A stretch of 64,000 bases of DNA from the human T2T-CHM13v2.0 reference genome, Homo sapiens: assembly GCF_009914755.1 (NCBI RefSeq), contig NC_060925.1; one strand, written 5' to 3'. Shown here piece after piece: positions 24,700 to 39,449 of this stretch. How positions within the stretch are numbered: position 1 is the first letter of the stretch; every line of letters starts with the position of its first letter. The position numbers and the translations under genes were made by a program. The notes beneath the pieces are model-generated. The model had not been told where the DNA came from. It saw only the letters and a program-made list of their open reading frames with translations, and made no database searches.

Positions 24700-26653
24700 C
24701 TAAATGCCAAAAAGAGAAGGAATTCAGCAGAACAGATTAGAGAATGTTAAATATTGAGGTCATAATCACAGACTACATCAATATAATTTTCAACCAAGAA
24801 ACATTCTCCTTTGCCATTTAAAGATTCTATTACAACTAAGTAGCTTATGAGACAAATACTATGGAACACGCCTCTGAAATCTAATATTTTAATAGCAAAG
24901 AGATCTGTGACGAGGATACAAGTTTAAACACACATATGCTAACATGCTTTATGGTTTAGTCAGAAAAATCCTCCAAACTGTTGGTTGTAATAGGATGTTA
25001 AATGAAGTATCCTGGGAGAAATGACATTACCATTACAAAATATTGCTGACTCTCAAGTCTCCTTTGATGAAATAAAAACTATTAAAGAGATTGTGGAAAG
25101 TGGAATTTCCATACAGCAATCTTCTCATTTCTCCTGCTGTAAGTTACTTGGTCATTCTTTCAGCCAGGCAGGGATTAGTGTGAGAGGAGTGGTCGGTTTC
25201 CTACAGGGCTGCCAGAGAATTCCAAAGGCTGTGCACTGCTCAGCTCACACCCTACTGTATATGAGACTGTTGACCCCAGATGCTCCGGCATACAAGCTGG
25301 ACAGCCTATTGGGAGGCCCAGTAAGCAGAGATACCACTTGGATCTTCACATCTTATGTTTATACCTACTTTAGGCTTCCCCCTGGTTCAGCAGCAAAGAT
25401 GTCTAAACTTAAATCTAATCAATCAAATTGGTTCAGCTGCCTCTGTAAGAGATGCTGACCCTGGCTCCTACTGTTGTCTCTTAACTGGGGTTTCTCCCCA
25501 CATTAACAGTGGGATTTTGGCAGGTACGGTTTGTGTGTTTTCAGTTTTCCTCTCCCCTCTCAATTTACAATACAACTCTTAATAAATAACTCATTTTACA
25601 CAGAGTGATGAGAGAATCTATTTACCATAAGGGATTGTTCTTTGTAGAGACTTTCTATCAAGGGAAATAAAATATTTCTAAGAATCATCCAAAAGGGCAT
25701 AGAAGTACTTTGGAAAGACTCTCATAATGATAAATATAAAATTTGTATTTGTCAATTAAAAATACAAATTTTTAAAAACATCCTCAAAAAAGACGATCAT
25801 AATGGGAAAGTTTTGAATAGTTTGAAATATGACAATATAAGCCCAGTAACCATAAATGCTACTTATTTAATAAGATTACCCTTCCCCACCTACCCCTAGT
25901 TCTATCCTAGAGGTAATTTTCCCCACTTGGGAATAATACTAGCCTTCCCTTTGCTCTGGTTTTTCTCAAGCTCTAAATGCAAACACATAGGATTTTTAGT
26001 TTTAAAACTAACATAAGGTTGGCTTTGCTAATAGAAGTCATGAATATGGAACTAACCTGTGCAGAAGTTCTGCAGTCATGGAAATAAAAAAATGAAGGAC
26101 ACATAATTAAAACTAACCTTGAAGAAGGGTTCAAAAATATCTCTGAATCTAATAAGGTATTAAATTATATTGTGCCCTTGCCTCTAAACCAACTTATTTG
26201 CTCTTCCATCACATATTACTAGACAAAGAATATGAACTCATTCCCCATCCCCATGAGAAAAACTGAATAATAATAAACTCATAATATAATGGCAGCAGAA
26301 AAGAAAGGCTAGGTTTAGTAACTTTTTCAATTAACTTACAACTGTAAACCAGTGGACACACCTAGCTTCTTCACTGTTAGAAGCCCTAATAAATCTGGCT
26401 ACAGTTTCTAAATCCAAGCCTTCAAGACAATCAAGGATTTCTAAAACTTCCTATCTATAATAGGAAACTGACAGACAACCCAATTTCTTCCTCTATTTTC
26501 TCCTGTGGACATGATTCAATCTCTCCTAATAATTAACAACAGAAACTGCATCATTTGGTCCTCCAAAAACCCCCCACTGCCACTTATCCAAGGCACAAGA
26601 GCAGGCAGCAGTGTTCCGGAAGCAGCTGGCGTCACCACACCAGATGCCCTCAC

Positions 26654-26765
26654 CTGAAGAAGTCATGAGATAGTAAGGTGCAGAGCGCTGGCCGACATTT
26701 TGGAATGGGATTCAGCAAAGTTGAGTGCAAGGTCTGTTGAAAGCTGGAGAGAACATCCGCTGAAA
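26654..26765 (-). CDS. SCYL3: SCYL3 exon 7 (VSADVLSS...HDFFR)
   Basis: tttcag| ... |gtgagg; 112 nt; subdomain XI-like LLNPIPKCRP. Confidence 0.93.
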
Positions 26766-27980
26766 CTGAAATCCAGAGCTACAGTTAGTTTCCAATGCCT
26801 TCTCCCTCTTTTCAGGACCTCTATAGCTGGAGACTGCCGAGAGCAAAAACCAACCTGTAAAAGCCCAAACAAACAAAGCCCTGGCTGTTGCTAAACAGCT
26901 TCCTGCTTGCCTTAGGCAAAACTCATTGGCAGGTGTAGAAAGTTGTCCTGCCACCACCATCAAACCCCACCCCAGGTGCCATTCCCTTCTATACCCTCTC
27001 ATTTCCTGATTATCCATTTAACCCAGCTCAGGCCCAAAGAAGAAGGGCTAACAGTGATAGGTTTGAGGGTCTTTCTCAACAGGGGTTCCTCATCCACAGA
27101 ACAGTTATATGAATGATTATATTTACAATTCTTCCAAGGATAGTAAATAATTGCTACCATTCTAAATACATAGAATAGTTAGTTCATTATACACAATGGA
27201 TGCCTTTGGGCCTTAGGATTTAATTCTCAAGTATTTAGGATGGGACAATTTAGAGCTGACAGCTGAATCAGAACACTGCATAAGCCTGGCAGAATAAACC
27301 GCATTAGAACTGGCACAAAGCTTGAGCCATGTGAGATGTAGGCCAATAAGGGGCCTACTGTGACACATGCCTCAGTAAACTCAATGAGTGGAAAATTAAA
27401 GTCCTAAAGTGGGCACAGGAGAGTGAAGCAGGCTGCCAAGCATGCAGTTAGAGAACACAGAAGAGAGGAGAAAACAATGTCTTTAGCAGCCTGAGCTTTA
27501 AGAGGCAATGAAAGAAAAAAGTGAAGAGTAAATTAATAGGAAAATAAATCAAATGAGCTTTGAAAGAATAAAGAAATGTTGAGCTCAATTTAACAAAAAA
27601 TTATGAATTTTACCCTATTATTCAGATTATTACATATAAATCATTAATGATAGTTATGTACTTATTGGCCGGTTCAATAAGGAATAGAGTCTACATTTAG
27701 ACCGCTTAAGTACTATTACCAATTAATAAGGTAATCACACATGATACTGACAGCCATAGTTCAAAGTGCTTCCTACTTAAAATTCTTTTCACCATGCAAA
27801 CTAATGAAACCCAAAGCTTCTTTCCTTACTGTTCTTAGTATCTGCCCTAAAAAAGTTACCTGGTAAGCAAAAGATTCCTTACTGTGCTCAAAGACTGTAG
27901 TCCTTTGAATTCCACACAGAATACGTCATGGATGATTTTCCTACTTATTCTATAGATGCAGTAGTATAACTCCAACTCAC

Positions 27981-28083
27981 CCTGTTCATTTAAGATTGTG
28001 AGCAAACTTTCCACCAATGTTCCAAATGAAAAGGCATCCCGGGCATGTCCATGACACTCTGGGAGAGTTGTGAATTCTGGAGA
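27981..28083 (-). CDS. SCYL3: SCYL3 exon 6 (SPEFTTLP...LNEQ)
   Basis: ttttag| ... |gtgagt; 103 nt; subdomain IX-like RDAFSFG. Confidence 0.94.
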
Positions 28084-28905
28084 CTAAAAGCAGTGAAGAC
28101 AATTAAAACTAGAGGATCTGCCTTATAAGCCATTTCTAATTTTCTCTGAAGCACCTTCTCCCATGTTTGTATTTATTATGCTCAAATCTATCTTCAGACC
28201 ACCACACATGAATGTATAGATTCTTAACACTATTAGTGAATAGAATTTGTTGAAGATTGTAAAACATTAAAATGAGCAAAAATTTTTAAAAAGGTTAGAA
28301 TATGGCACATGTCGGTGGCTTTTACAAATATTTTCACAGCAATCCATGGTAAAGAATATGTCTTATATCATGCTCTACTATACATACACGTGCATAAATA
28401 CACACATAACGGAAACAAAAGTTTCATAAAACAGTGCTTAGCCTTACTATCTAAGATGCCCAAAGACATGTTCTTTTATTCTTTTTTTTTTTATAAAATG
28501 CTAGTCAGGACCCCCTAAATTGACTTAAAACCCGCAAATCACCGATTTTAAAAACACTAGTATATATACATAATACTGATTTGGATAAATCTGATTTATT
28601 TCAAGTCTTAGGTCTATACTTAAGTTTATAGTTGAGTTCATATTTCCTGTAAAGCACACTAAATATATCTTTGGGGATTATTTATAGTGGCTATAAGAAC
28701 AAATTTATAGAAGGAGCATCTGCTTTTGAATTTATTGGTAAATAGAATTTTTCTTTACCAGCACTCTTAGTAATCATTCTTCTGTGCATCTTGAAATCCT
28801 AAGTAATGGGCAGCTAGAGATAGATGAATGGTTTGGGTGACATACAAGAAAGGACTAGGGTTTTTGCTTCCATAATTATTATGGATTCCAGCAAAGTGCA
28901 ACTAC

Positions 28906-31153
28906 TGATAATGGTTTCACTGTTTTCCCACCCAAATCTCATCTTGAATTATAACTCCCACAATTCCCACGTGTCCTGGGAAGAACCAGTGGCAGGTGAC
29001 TGAATTATGGGGGGCAGGTCTTTCCTGCCCTGTTCTCATGATAGTGAATGGGCCTCACAAGATCTGATGGCTTTAAAAAAGGGGAGTTTCCCTGCATAAG
29101 CTCTCTTCTCTTGTCTGCCACCAGGTGAGATGTGCCTTTTGCCTTCTGCCATGATTTTAAGGAACTCCCCAGCCACGTGGAACTTTTGTAAATTGCCCAG
29201 TCTTGGGTATGTCTTCATCAGCAGCGTGAAAACAGAGTAATACAGTAAATTGGTACCAGTAGAGTGGGGCGTTGCTGAAAAGATACCCGAAAATATGGAA
29301 GGGACTTTGGAACTGGGTAACTGGCAAAGGCTGGAACAGTTTGGAGGGTTCAGAAGAAGACAGGAAAATGTGGGAAAGTTTGGAATTTCCTAGAGACTTG
29401 TTGAATGGCTTTGACAAAAATGCTGCTAGTGATATGAACAATAAGGTCCAGGCTGAGGTGGTCTCAGATGGAGATGAGGAACTTGTTGGGAACTGGGGCA
29501 AAGGTGACTCTTGTTATGTTTTAGCAGAGACTGGTGGCATTTTGCCCCTGCCCTAAAGAACTGTGGAACTTTGAACTTAAGAGAGGATTTAGGGTATCTG
29601 GCGGAAGAAATTTCTAAGCAGCAGAGCATTCAAGAGGTGACTTGGGTGCTGTTAAAGGCATTCAGTTTTAAAAGGAAAACAGAGCATAAAAGCTTGGGAA
29701 GTTTGCAGCCTGACAATGCAATAGAAAAGAAAATCTCAGGTGACATTCAAGGCAGCTGCAGAAGTTTGCATAAGTAATGAGGGGCCAAATGTTAATCCCC
29801 AAGAAAATGGGGAAAATGTCTCCAGGGCATGTCAGAGATCTTCATGGCAGCCCCTCCCATCACAGGCCTGCAGGCCTAGGAGGAAAAAGTGGTTTCATGG
29901 GCGAGGCCCAGGGTCCCCATGCTGTGTGAAGCCTAGGGACTTGGTGCCCTGCATCTCAGCCGCTCTAGCCATGGCAGAAAGGGGCCAACGTAGAGCTCAG
30001 CATGTGGCTTCAGAGGGTGCAAGCCCCAAGCCTTGGCAGCTTCACATGGTGTTGAGCCTGCAAGTGCACATTAGTCAAGAACTGGGGTTTGGGAACCTCC
30101 ACCTAGATTTCAGAAGATGTATGGAAATGCCTGGATGCCCAGGCAGAATTTGCTGCATGGGCAGGGCCCTTATGGAGAACCTCTACTAGGGCAGTGTGAA
30201 AAGGAAATGTGAGGTCGGTGCCCCCACACAGAGTTCCTACTGGAGCACTGCCTAATGGAGCTGTGAGAAGGAGGCCAGCATCCTCCAGATCCCAGAATGG
30301 TAGATCCACTGACAGCTTGCACCACGTGCCTGGAAAAGCTGCAGACATTCAAGACCAGCCTGTGAAAGCAGCCAGGAGGGAAACTGTACCCTGCAGAGCC
30401 ACAGGGGTAGAAGCTGCCCAAGACCATGGGAACCCACCGCTTGCATCAGCGTGACCCGGATGCGAGACACGGAATCAAAGGAGATCATTTTGGAGCTTTA
30501 AGATTTGACTGCCTCACTGGATTTCACACTTGCCTGTAGCCCCTTTGTTTAGCTAATTTCTCCCATTTGGAATGGCCGTATTTACCCAATGCCTGTACCC
30601 CCATTGTATCTAGGAAGTAACTAACTTGCTTCTGATTTTACAGGCTCATAGGTGGAAGGGACTTGCCTCATCTCAGATGAGACATTGGACTATGGACTTT
30701 TGAGTTAATGCTGAAATGAGTGAAGACTTTGGGGGACTGTTGAGAAGACATGACTGGTTTTGAAATGTGAGGACATGAGACTGGGGAGGGGCCAGGGGAG
30801 GAATGATGTGGTTTGGCTGTGACTCTCATCTTGGATTGTAACTCCCACAATTCCCATGTGTCATGGGCAGGAATTCGGTGGGAGGTGATTGAATTATGGA
30901 GGTAGATCTCTCCTGTGCTGTTCTGGTAATAGTGAGTAGGTCTCACAAGACCTGATGGTTTTATAAAAGGGAATTTTCCTGCACAAGCTCTCTTCTCTTG
31001 TCTGCTGCCATGTGAGAAGTGCCTTTCACCTTCCGCCATGATTGTGAGGCCTCCCCAGCCACATGGAACTGTTAGTCCAATAAACCTCTTTCTTTTGTAA
31101 ATTGCCCAGTCTCAGGTATGTCTTTATCAGCAGCATGAAAACAGACTAATACA
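28906..31153 (+). mobile_element. Complete THE1 (THE1B-like) MaLR provirus: LTR 28906-29244, internal 29245-30803, LTR 30804-31153
   Basis: TG...CA LTRs; internal region starts gtaaattggtacc; polypurine tract before the 3' LTR; 5-bp TSD ACTAC on both sides. Confidence 0.93.
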
Positions 31154-31421
31154 ACTACTTATCGTGAAATGGGTATAATTGTCTGTTCACACTGAGGTAT
31201 CTCTACCTCTAAACAATATCATAGGTGTTTATGTGACAAAAAAATTTAAGCTGGCTCCCTGGCTGTGGTGATAAGATTAATCTTAGAAAGCTTTAAGGCC
31301 AGAGGAATTATGAGGCATCTATAACTCAGTAAAGAAAGGAGTAAGCAGAGGAAAGTTTTTTAAAATTTCATACTCAATTACACAAAGGCACCTTCATTAT
31401 ATGTGAAGTATATCATCTTAC

Positions 31422-31478
31422 CATCTCTTCAGGAGGGATAGATGCTGGGTCTCTTATTGACTGAATACTCCTCAGAAA
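31422..31478 (-). CDS. SCYL3: SCYL3 exon 5 (FLRSIQSIRDPASIPPEEM)
   Basis: gtctag| ... |gtaaga; 57 nt; PPE motif equivalent to APE. Confidence 0.93.
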
Positions 31479-32369
31479 CTAGACAGAGAAATAAATTAAA
31501 GAAAATGATTCATACATATGTTTGGTGAACTAATCTCTTACATCAGGTTACATAAGCAATGAGCAATGCAAACAGCACCAATTAAACCTTCAAATCAATG
31601 CCGCATATTAGATGCACAAATTTAAAATGCTTCTAATTTTAAAAATGCAAATAAAGTACCTGGCACAGCACAAGGCACAGTAATAAATGGTAGTTCCTTT
31701 TCCTCTCCCCTTCATCTGGTTTAACAGACACGCTCTGCTGTTCAGAGGCATCTGTGCATCTGATTTCCTTATATGGAAATTAGAACACTTCTTTCTTTTC
31801 CTGCTTAGATATTAACAATAAGAAGGCTTTTCTAGCACAGAACAAATCTGTCATTAATCTCACTAAACCAAATGAATCTTAAGTCTTGCTACCACACGAG
31901 ATTAGAAAGTTGAGAACCTTAGTTATGGAGACAAAACCAACATCCACAGAATAAGCATATTAATTTGCTAGTTTCGAAGACTATTTTTGAAGAGCCTATA
32001 TGTCCCGAACATCATTTAGGACACTAGGAATACAAGATGAATGCAATAAAGTTTCTGCCCCCAATCAGGTGCTCATAACCTAGAATGTAAACTAAGAATC
32101 TCCATAAACGTGCTAAGTGCCCTGGAAGCACTGGGGTGACTAATTTTGTTGGGCAGGGGAATGCCTAGGGGAAGGAGTCACAGAAAGGAGATTAAAGCCA
32201 GATCTTAGATGAGTTCACATTTTCCAGAAGCCAATGGGAAGAAATGCATTCCAGCAACAGAATGGCCTACAAAGAAGAAGAGTGTGAAGGAAGAAGGCAT
32301 ATGTGGGAACACAGCTGAACTGCATGGAACAAGATGTAACCAGACTATAGCTCAAGAACTCTTGAGTGA

Positions 32370-32672
<303 letters not shown>

Positions 32673-33703
32673 CTAAATGGTAAATGAGGCTGAAGGTAGG
32701 CTGCAGAAAGATTGTGAAGGGCCTTATATCCCATGGCAAAGAATTTGGAATAAACAGCACAGAAAGGATTACATGCTATATACAAAGTACACAAAAGGTA
32801 AATTCAGGGAAGAAAGAGATCAATATGGACAGAATAACCAGAAAGATGTCTTTGTGGTAGAACATCTGAACTGAGCAAGAACCCATGAAGGTACACGTTA
32901 GACATGGCCCAAGTTAAGTGTGGAAGCAGCACAAAAAAGAATAGGGGAAATTAAGCTGAAACAGTAAGTCAACAGTGAGCCACCATTTCCGTAGGGATAT
33001 TAAGATGGAAATGGTTTTTATTTTTTCCTTAAGAAAGAGTGAATGCAGCAGCAACACGCAAAATGTGAAAAGAACACACAAAACAGAAAACAGAAAGGTG
33101 CATCAACCTGGGAGGGAAACATGCAGAACTCTCAGACAAAAGTATAAGGAATACTACATCAGCAACAACACAGTCCACTAGGAGTTAAGATGCACAGGTC
33201 CTAAATCCCGCTACTAAGATACCATGTATGAAATTGGGCAACTCGGACAATTGTTCAAAGAACATTTTCTGAATACCTAGTATGTGCCAGGCACTATTCT
33301 AGGTAGAGGTATAAAGATAAGAGACTCACACCCTTAAGAGCCCAACCAATGGAATACAAGACAGATACATAAAGGTAATTTCACTATCAAGTGGTATGAT
33401 CCAAGTAAGTACAAGGTACTATGGGGCAGAGAGGAGGGGCATTTAACTCAAATATCTGAACAAAACATTTTACCTCTCTCCGTCTCAGGTTTCCCTATTT
33501 ATAAAATAAGGAGAAAGGATACATGACCCCCACTGCCTCTGAGGAACAAAATGCTATAATTCTATAAATGAGGGCACTGACAAAAAATTCAAGTCTCCAA
33601 ATCTAAGACCAAGCTAACACTGAAGGAAAGTGCCTAGGCAAGAACCACATACCAAGACGCTATTAAAAACCAAGTAAGGAAGGGGGGCTGTCCCCTGGCT
33701 TAC

Positions 33704-33817
33704 CTCTGGTGTGGCCTGAGAAACTTTACAAACAGTTTCCATTCCTCCTAGCTTCCAGTGTCCATCTTCACTCACAAACACAGATGATAAACAGACATTA
33801 TTGTGTGTTAGGTGTCC
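33704..33817 (-). CDS. SCYL3: SCYL3 exon 4 (GHLTHNNV...ATPE)
   Basis: tttccag| ... |gtaagc; 114 nt; HNN replaces HRD and LGG occupies the DFG region (pseudokinase). Confidence 0.95.
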
Positions 33818-34399
33818 CTGGAAAAAAAAAAGAACAGAAGGAAGAGTGCCACTCCAGGATCTGAAATAGAAATTTACTTCAAAAGATGTTTTTCTCCATC
33901 TCTCACAATCTTTATTTTAAAAAACTAAATACTAATCACCAAAAAAATTATGACAAGCCTTCCCACTTGTGGCATAATAAATGGAACTATAACTTTAAGA
34001 AACAACAAATTGAATGAAGTTAGATAAAAAGAAAAATGGAATGGAAGGGCTTCTGTTATCTCCCCCTGCCTCATGTGGCAGGTTAATAAACACATTAAAG
34101 CCAGTGCACACAGTCATCTCCCGATTTCTATGGGAGTCAGGGGATATACATGTTCTTAAACATACATTTACAAGTCTGTATAATCTATATTATTTGCTTC
34201 CAATGCCTTTAAAGATAAAATATATCTCTGCTCACATAGGTTATTTTATTTATTTTCTTCTCTAAATTCTTTCTCACCCACATTCTATCACGAACCCAGA
34301 TCTACTTCATCTGAAATCTTGTTAGTAGGCATTAAAAAAATTCTGCCTGAAGAAGAGGAAAATGGAATGATAAGGACCACCAGAAATATCCCACAGACT

Positions 34400-34814
<415 letters not shown>

Positions 34815-34898
34815 TTAAGTTTTTTTCCCCAAACCAAAAATCATTTCAGTGATAAAAAAGTATGTTTAAAGTTATTATGTATGTATGTAATGTATGTA

Positions 34899-35281
<383 letters not shown>

Positions 35282-36357
35282 TAGTGTGTATAGTATATCT
35301 CCATTTGAGAAAAAAATGAAAGAGAAGAAGTATACACACTAGATATTTGTTTTATATGCACAAAGAACATCTCTGGAATAATACACGAGTTACCACCATT
35401 GCCTCTGAAGAGAGGAATTAGGGCACTGGATTCAAGGATGGGAGAGGGACACCTCACCCACATACTGTACAAACTTTTTAACCATGTGTATGCACTTTTG
35501 TCAACAAAGAAGATATTTCTCCCCACTGAACCACTAATAATTCTCGTTATCATGCGAACTTGTAAATGCACTTTTAAGAGACTATAAATCCAACATGATA
35601 TTTGGAGAATCTGTCTCCAATTAATTGAAAAAAATTTAAAAACATACATAAAGATGAGTCAAGTCCAAGTGTTTCTAACCTGTGACTAGTATTTTTTAAT
35701 CTTGGTGGACTGCCAAAGACCTTAATGCTTCAGAATGCAAATACCATTAAGAAAACAGTAATACTGTCAAGAAACAGACCAGAAGTAAACCTAGGAACCA
35801 TCTTCTAGTAATAGCAAATATCATCAGAGAGCCAAGCACACTGGTTACACCACAGAATGTTAAGAGGCTGTCTCTCAATTGGCCCCAACTACTCAAATGG
35901 GAAAGGAAAGGATATGTATGTATTCTGCCTCTTCCTAAGAAATGGTCATTTCTTTCTTCAAAATCTAAAATGGGACACAACTCCTGAAAACAAATAGGAA
36001 CTTTGGTCTATGGCAGCACTGACATTACACCTTTTCTTTGTTTTAGTAACTCATGCCAGCTGTAGCTATTTTTAGGCAAAGAATTATCCAAAACTAGAGA
36101 CAGACTATAGTAAACTAAAATAAAATTCTATAAGTAACTGTCCAGGGACACAGAACTAGTTGTCCATTCTATAAAACCTCTATCTATAGCACCTCTTGTG
36201 CCTTCCAACATGCTATTTTTCCTCAGGAAGTTTTCTAATAATAACACTTAACTTACAATTTCTATAAACACCATAATTTATAAGTATTACCACACACATC
36301 ACCCTCCCACCCCCATCTACATCAAAGTCTGTGATGCAGACTATACAGGTTACTTAC

Positions 36358-36543
36358 TCTGTCATGAAGGAAGATAAGAGCCAGCAATATGTCATAGATC
36401 CCAGCACAGACCTCTGCAGAAGACAATGTTTCCAAAGCCACTTCCAGGGGCTGTACTCGCTCAGTGACAAGATGAATGCCATCCGCTTCCACAGTACAAG
36501 ATAAAAATCTTAGCAAGCAAGGGTGACGAAGTGTCTTCAAATG
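36358..36543 (-). CDS. SCYL3: SCYL3 exon 3 (HLKTLRHP...FLHDR)
   Basis: tttaaag| ... |gtaagt; 186 nt; LRHP motif typical of SCY1-like kinases. Confidence 0.95.
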
Positions 36544-37709
36544 CTTTAAAAATACAAACCGAAGAGCTGAAGTTAATGACCCCAAACCAGATTATAGTTT
36601 CATATACATTATGGGGGAAATCAGAAAATGTATACTTGCAGTTAAGGCTCTTTTGAGCTCCCTACCTTCCTCCCTACCCACTATATTTCACATAAGGCAA
36701 AGATCTATTACTTGTTCTGACATCATTCAATTTACTAATATTTAAATGGCTCTACAGAAATTTCCAGTTCCATCATTGTAGTGTAAGCCTCATAAGAGCC
36801 CAGATCCCTCAACGATTACTGCTATAAACTGAACAAAGTGCCAGAAACAACTGAAATCCTGACAAGTAAGCAAATGCAAACAGATTATGGAGGGGAGTCA
36901 AACCTGAAGAAGCGACACCCATGGGGTAAGTTTCTTGGTTTGGGGAAATGTTCCCCTTCTCACAGCTATGCATGGTGACAGGCCCCAGTTGCAAAGCAGT
37001 GTAACAAAGGTGCTAAAAGTCCAGTAAAAACTTTACCATCTTTCTGGCTGAAAGAACGATAGAAAAGAACCAAGGAAGGTGAGTATGAGGAGGGTATCCC
37101 AGAGAGGAGAGAGCTGGAGAGATGTCCTGATTTTTCACATACCCACAAATTCTCAGAAGCAAGCATCCACTGGATAGACCCAAACCAGCAGAGCAAAGTT
37201 TTGAGAAACAGACAGGTTGCAAATACCATTCACAGGAAGAGTAAGAGGAACTAGTTCAAAAACATGAGGCCTGAACCTAAATTAGCTGCCTGCTAAATAA
37301 AAAACATCAGCATTTTCCAAAGGATTATAACAGAGCAAAGAGTTATGTGACATCGTATTCAAAATGTCCAGGACGCAACCCCAAACTACTCAACATACAA
37401 AGAACCACAAAAATGTAACACATTCTCAATGGAAAAGACAACCAACAAACACCACTCCAAGGGGCCTCAGATATTAGAATTACCAGAAAGAATTTAAAGC
37501 AGCTATTGTAATCATCCTCCTAGAGATAAAGGAAAAGTTATAAAATAAATAGAAAAATTTAAATTTCCAAAAGAAAAATAAAAGATTGAAAATCAAAAAT
37601 TAATGTATAGACTCATTAACAGAATGAATATGACAGAATACAGAGTCAGTAAACTTGAAAATATTAACCAATCTGAAGAATAAAAAATGTTTTAAAAAAT
37701 GATCAGAGG

Positions 37710-37855
37710 GGCCAGGTTTGGGGACTCACACCTGTAATCCCAGCACTTTGGGAGGCCAATGCAGGAGGATCACTTCAGCCCAGGAGTTCAAGACCAGCCT
37801 GGGCAACACGGTGAAATCCCCATCTCATAAAGAAAAATTAAGAAAGAAAAAAAAG
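37710..37855 (+). mobile_element. Alu left monomer (FLAM-like)
   Basis: Single monomer followed by an A-rich tail. Confidence 0.8.
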
Positions 37856-38438
37856 AGACCAGAGCCTCAGACACCTGTGACAATAACAAAAGGTCAAATA
37901 AATATAACTGAAGTCCCAAAAAGAGAAAAGAAAAAAATTGGGGCATAAAAAATACAATGGATGAAAATTTTTAAATGGATGAAAATACTTAAAGTATTTA
38001 GCCAAATTTAAATTTTACAGACTTGAAGAATTTCAGTGAATATAAAACAAGATAAATTTTTTAAAAAGCACACTTAAACATATTACCATCAAACTGCTAA
38101 ATATCAAAGATAAAAAAATCTTAGAAGCAGCTAAAGGAAACACATTACATGGAGGAGAATGATGATTTAAACAACTGCAGACTTCTCATCAGGAAAGGTG
38201 GAGGGCAAGAAACAATGAAACATGTTTAAAATGCTGAAAGAAAAAACTATCAGCTTGGAATACTGTATCTAAGCAAAAGTAACCTTCAGAGGAAAAGGCA
38301 AAATAAAAGCACTTTTGGTGACAAAAAAAAAAACAGAAAATTTCTTGCCAGAAGACCTGCTATATAAAAAATGCTCATGAAGTTCTTCAAATGGAAGAAA
38401 AAATGATACCAAAGGGAAACTTGGATCTTCAGGAATGA

Positions 38439-38840
<402 letters not shown>

Positions 38841-39449
38841 TAATACTTCCTGGTGAGGTTTTCAATGTGTGTGAATGAATGTACAATTAATATGTAACAA
38901 AGAATGGTAGGGATAGGAGGCTGAAGATACCTACATTACAAGGCTTCTACGTTTTATGTGACATAGTACAATATTAACCACAGTAGACTATTTTTTGCCC
39001 TATTTATTTTTAATTTTCTTAAATTAAAAAAATTGATAATATGCATATTTTGGGGGAGTACCTGTGATTTTAATACTTTCGTAAAATTTGTAAAGATCAA
39101 ATCAATGTAATTGGGATATCCATCACCTTAAACATTTGTCTTTTCTTTATGCTAGAAACATTAGAATTAGTCTCTTCTAGTTATGTAAAAATATACAATC
39201 GATTACTGTAAACTAGTCATCCTACTGACCTATCAAACACTAGATCTTTTATCTTCTATCTTGTATCTTCTAACTGCATATTTGTACCCATTAATCAACC
39301 TCTCTTCATCCCCTACAATCCCCTACCCTTCCTGGCCTCTGGTAACCACCAGTCTACTCTCAACTGGTATGAGATCAACTTTTTTAGATTCCACATGAGT
39401 GAGATCTTGTGGTGTGTGTCTTTCTGTGCCTCATTTACATCACTTAACA

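Noticed and set aside
25021-25458. 145-aa plus-strand ORF in SCYL3 intron 7
   Set aside because: No recognisable domain, promoter or splice context; compatible with a chance ORF or decayed repeat
29036-31039. Multiple ORFs in the THE1 element
   Set aside because: Fragments of the decayed MaLR internal ORF and LTRs, with frameshifts and stops
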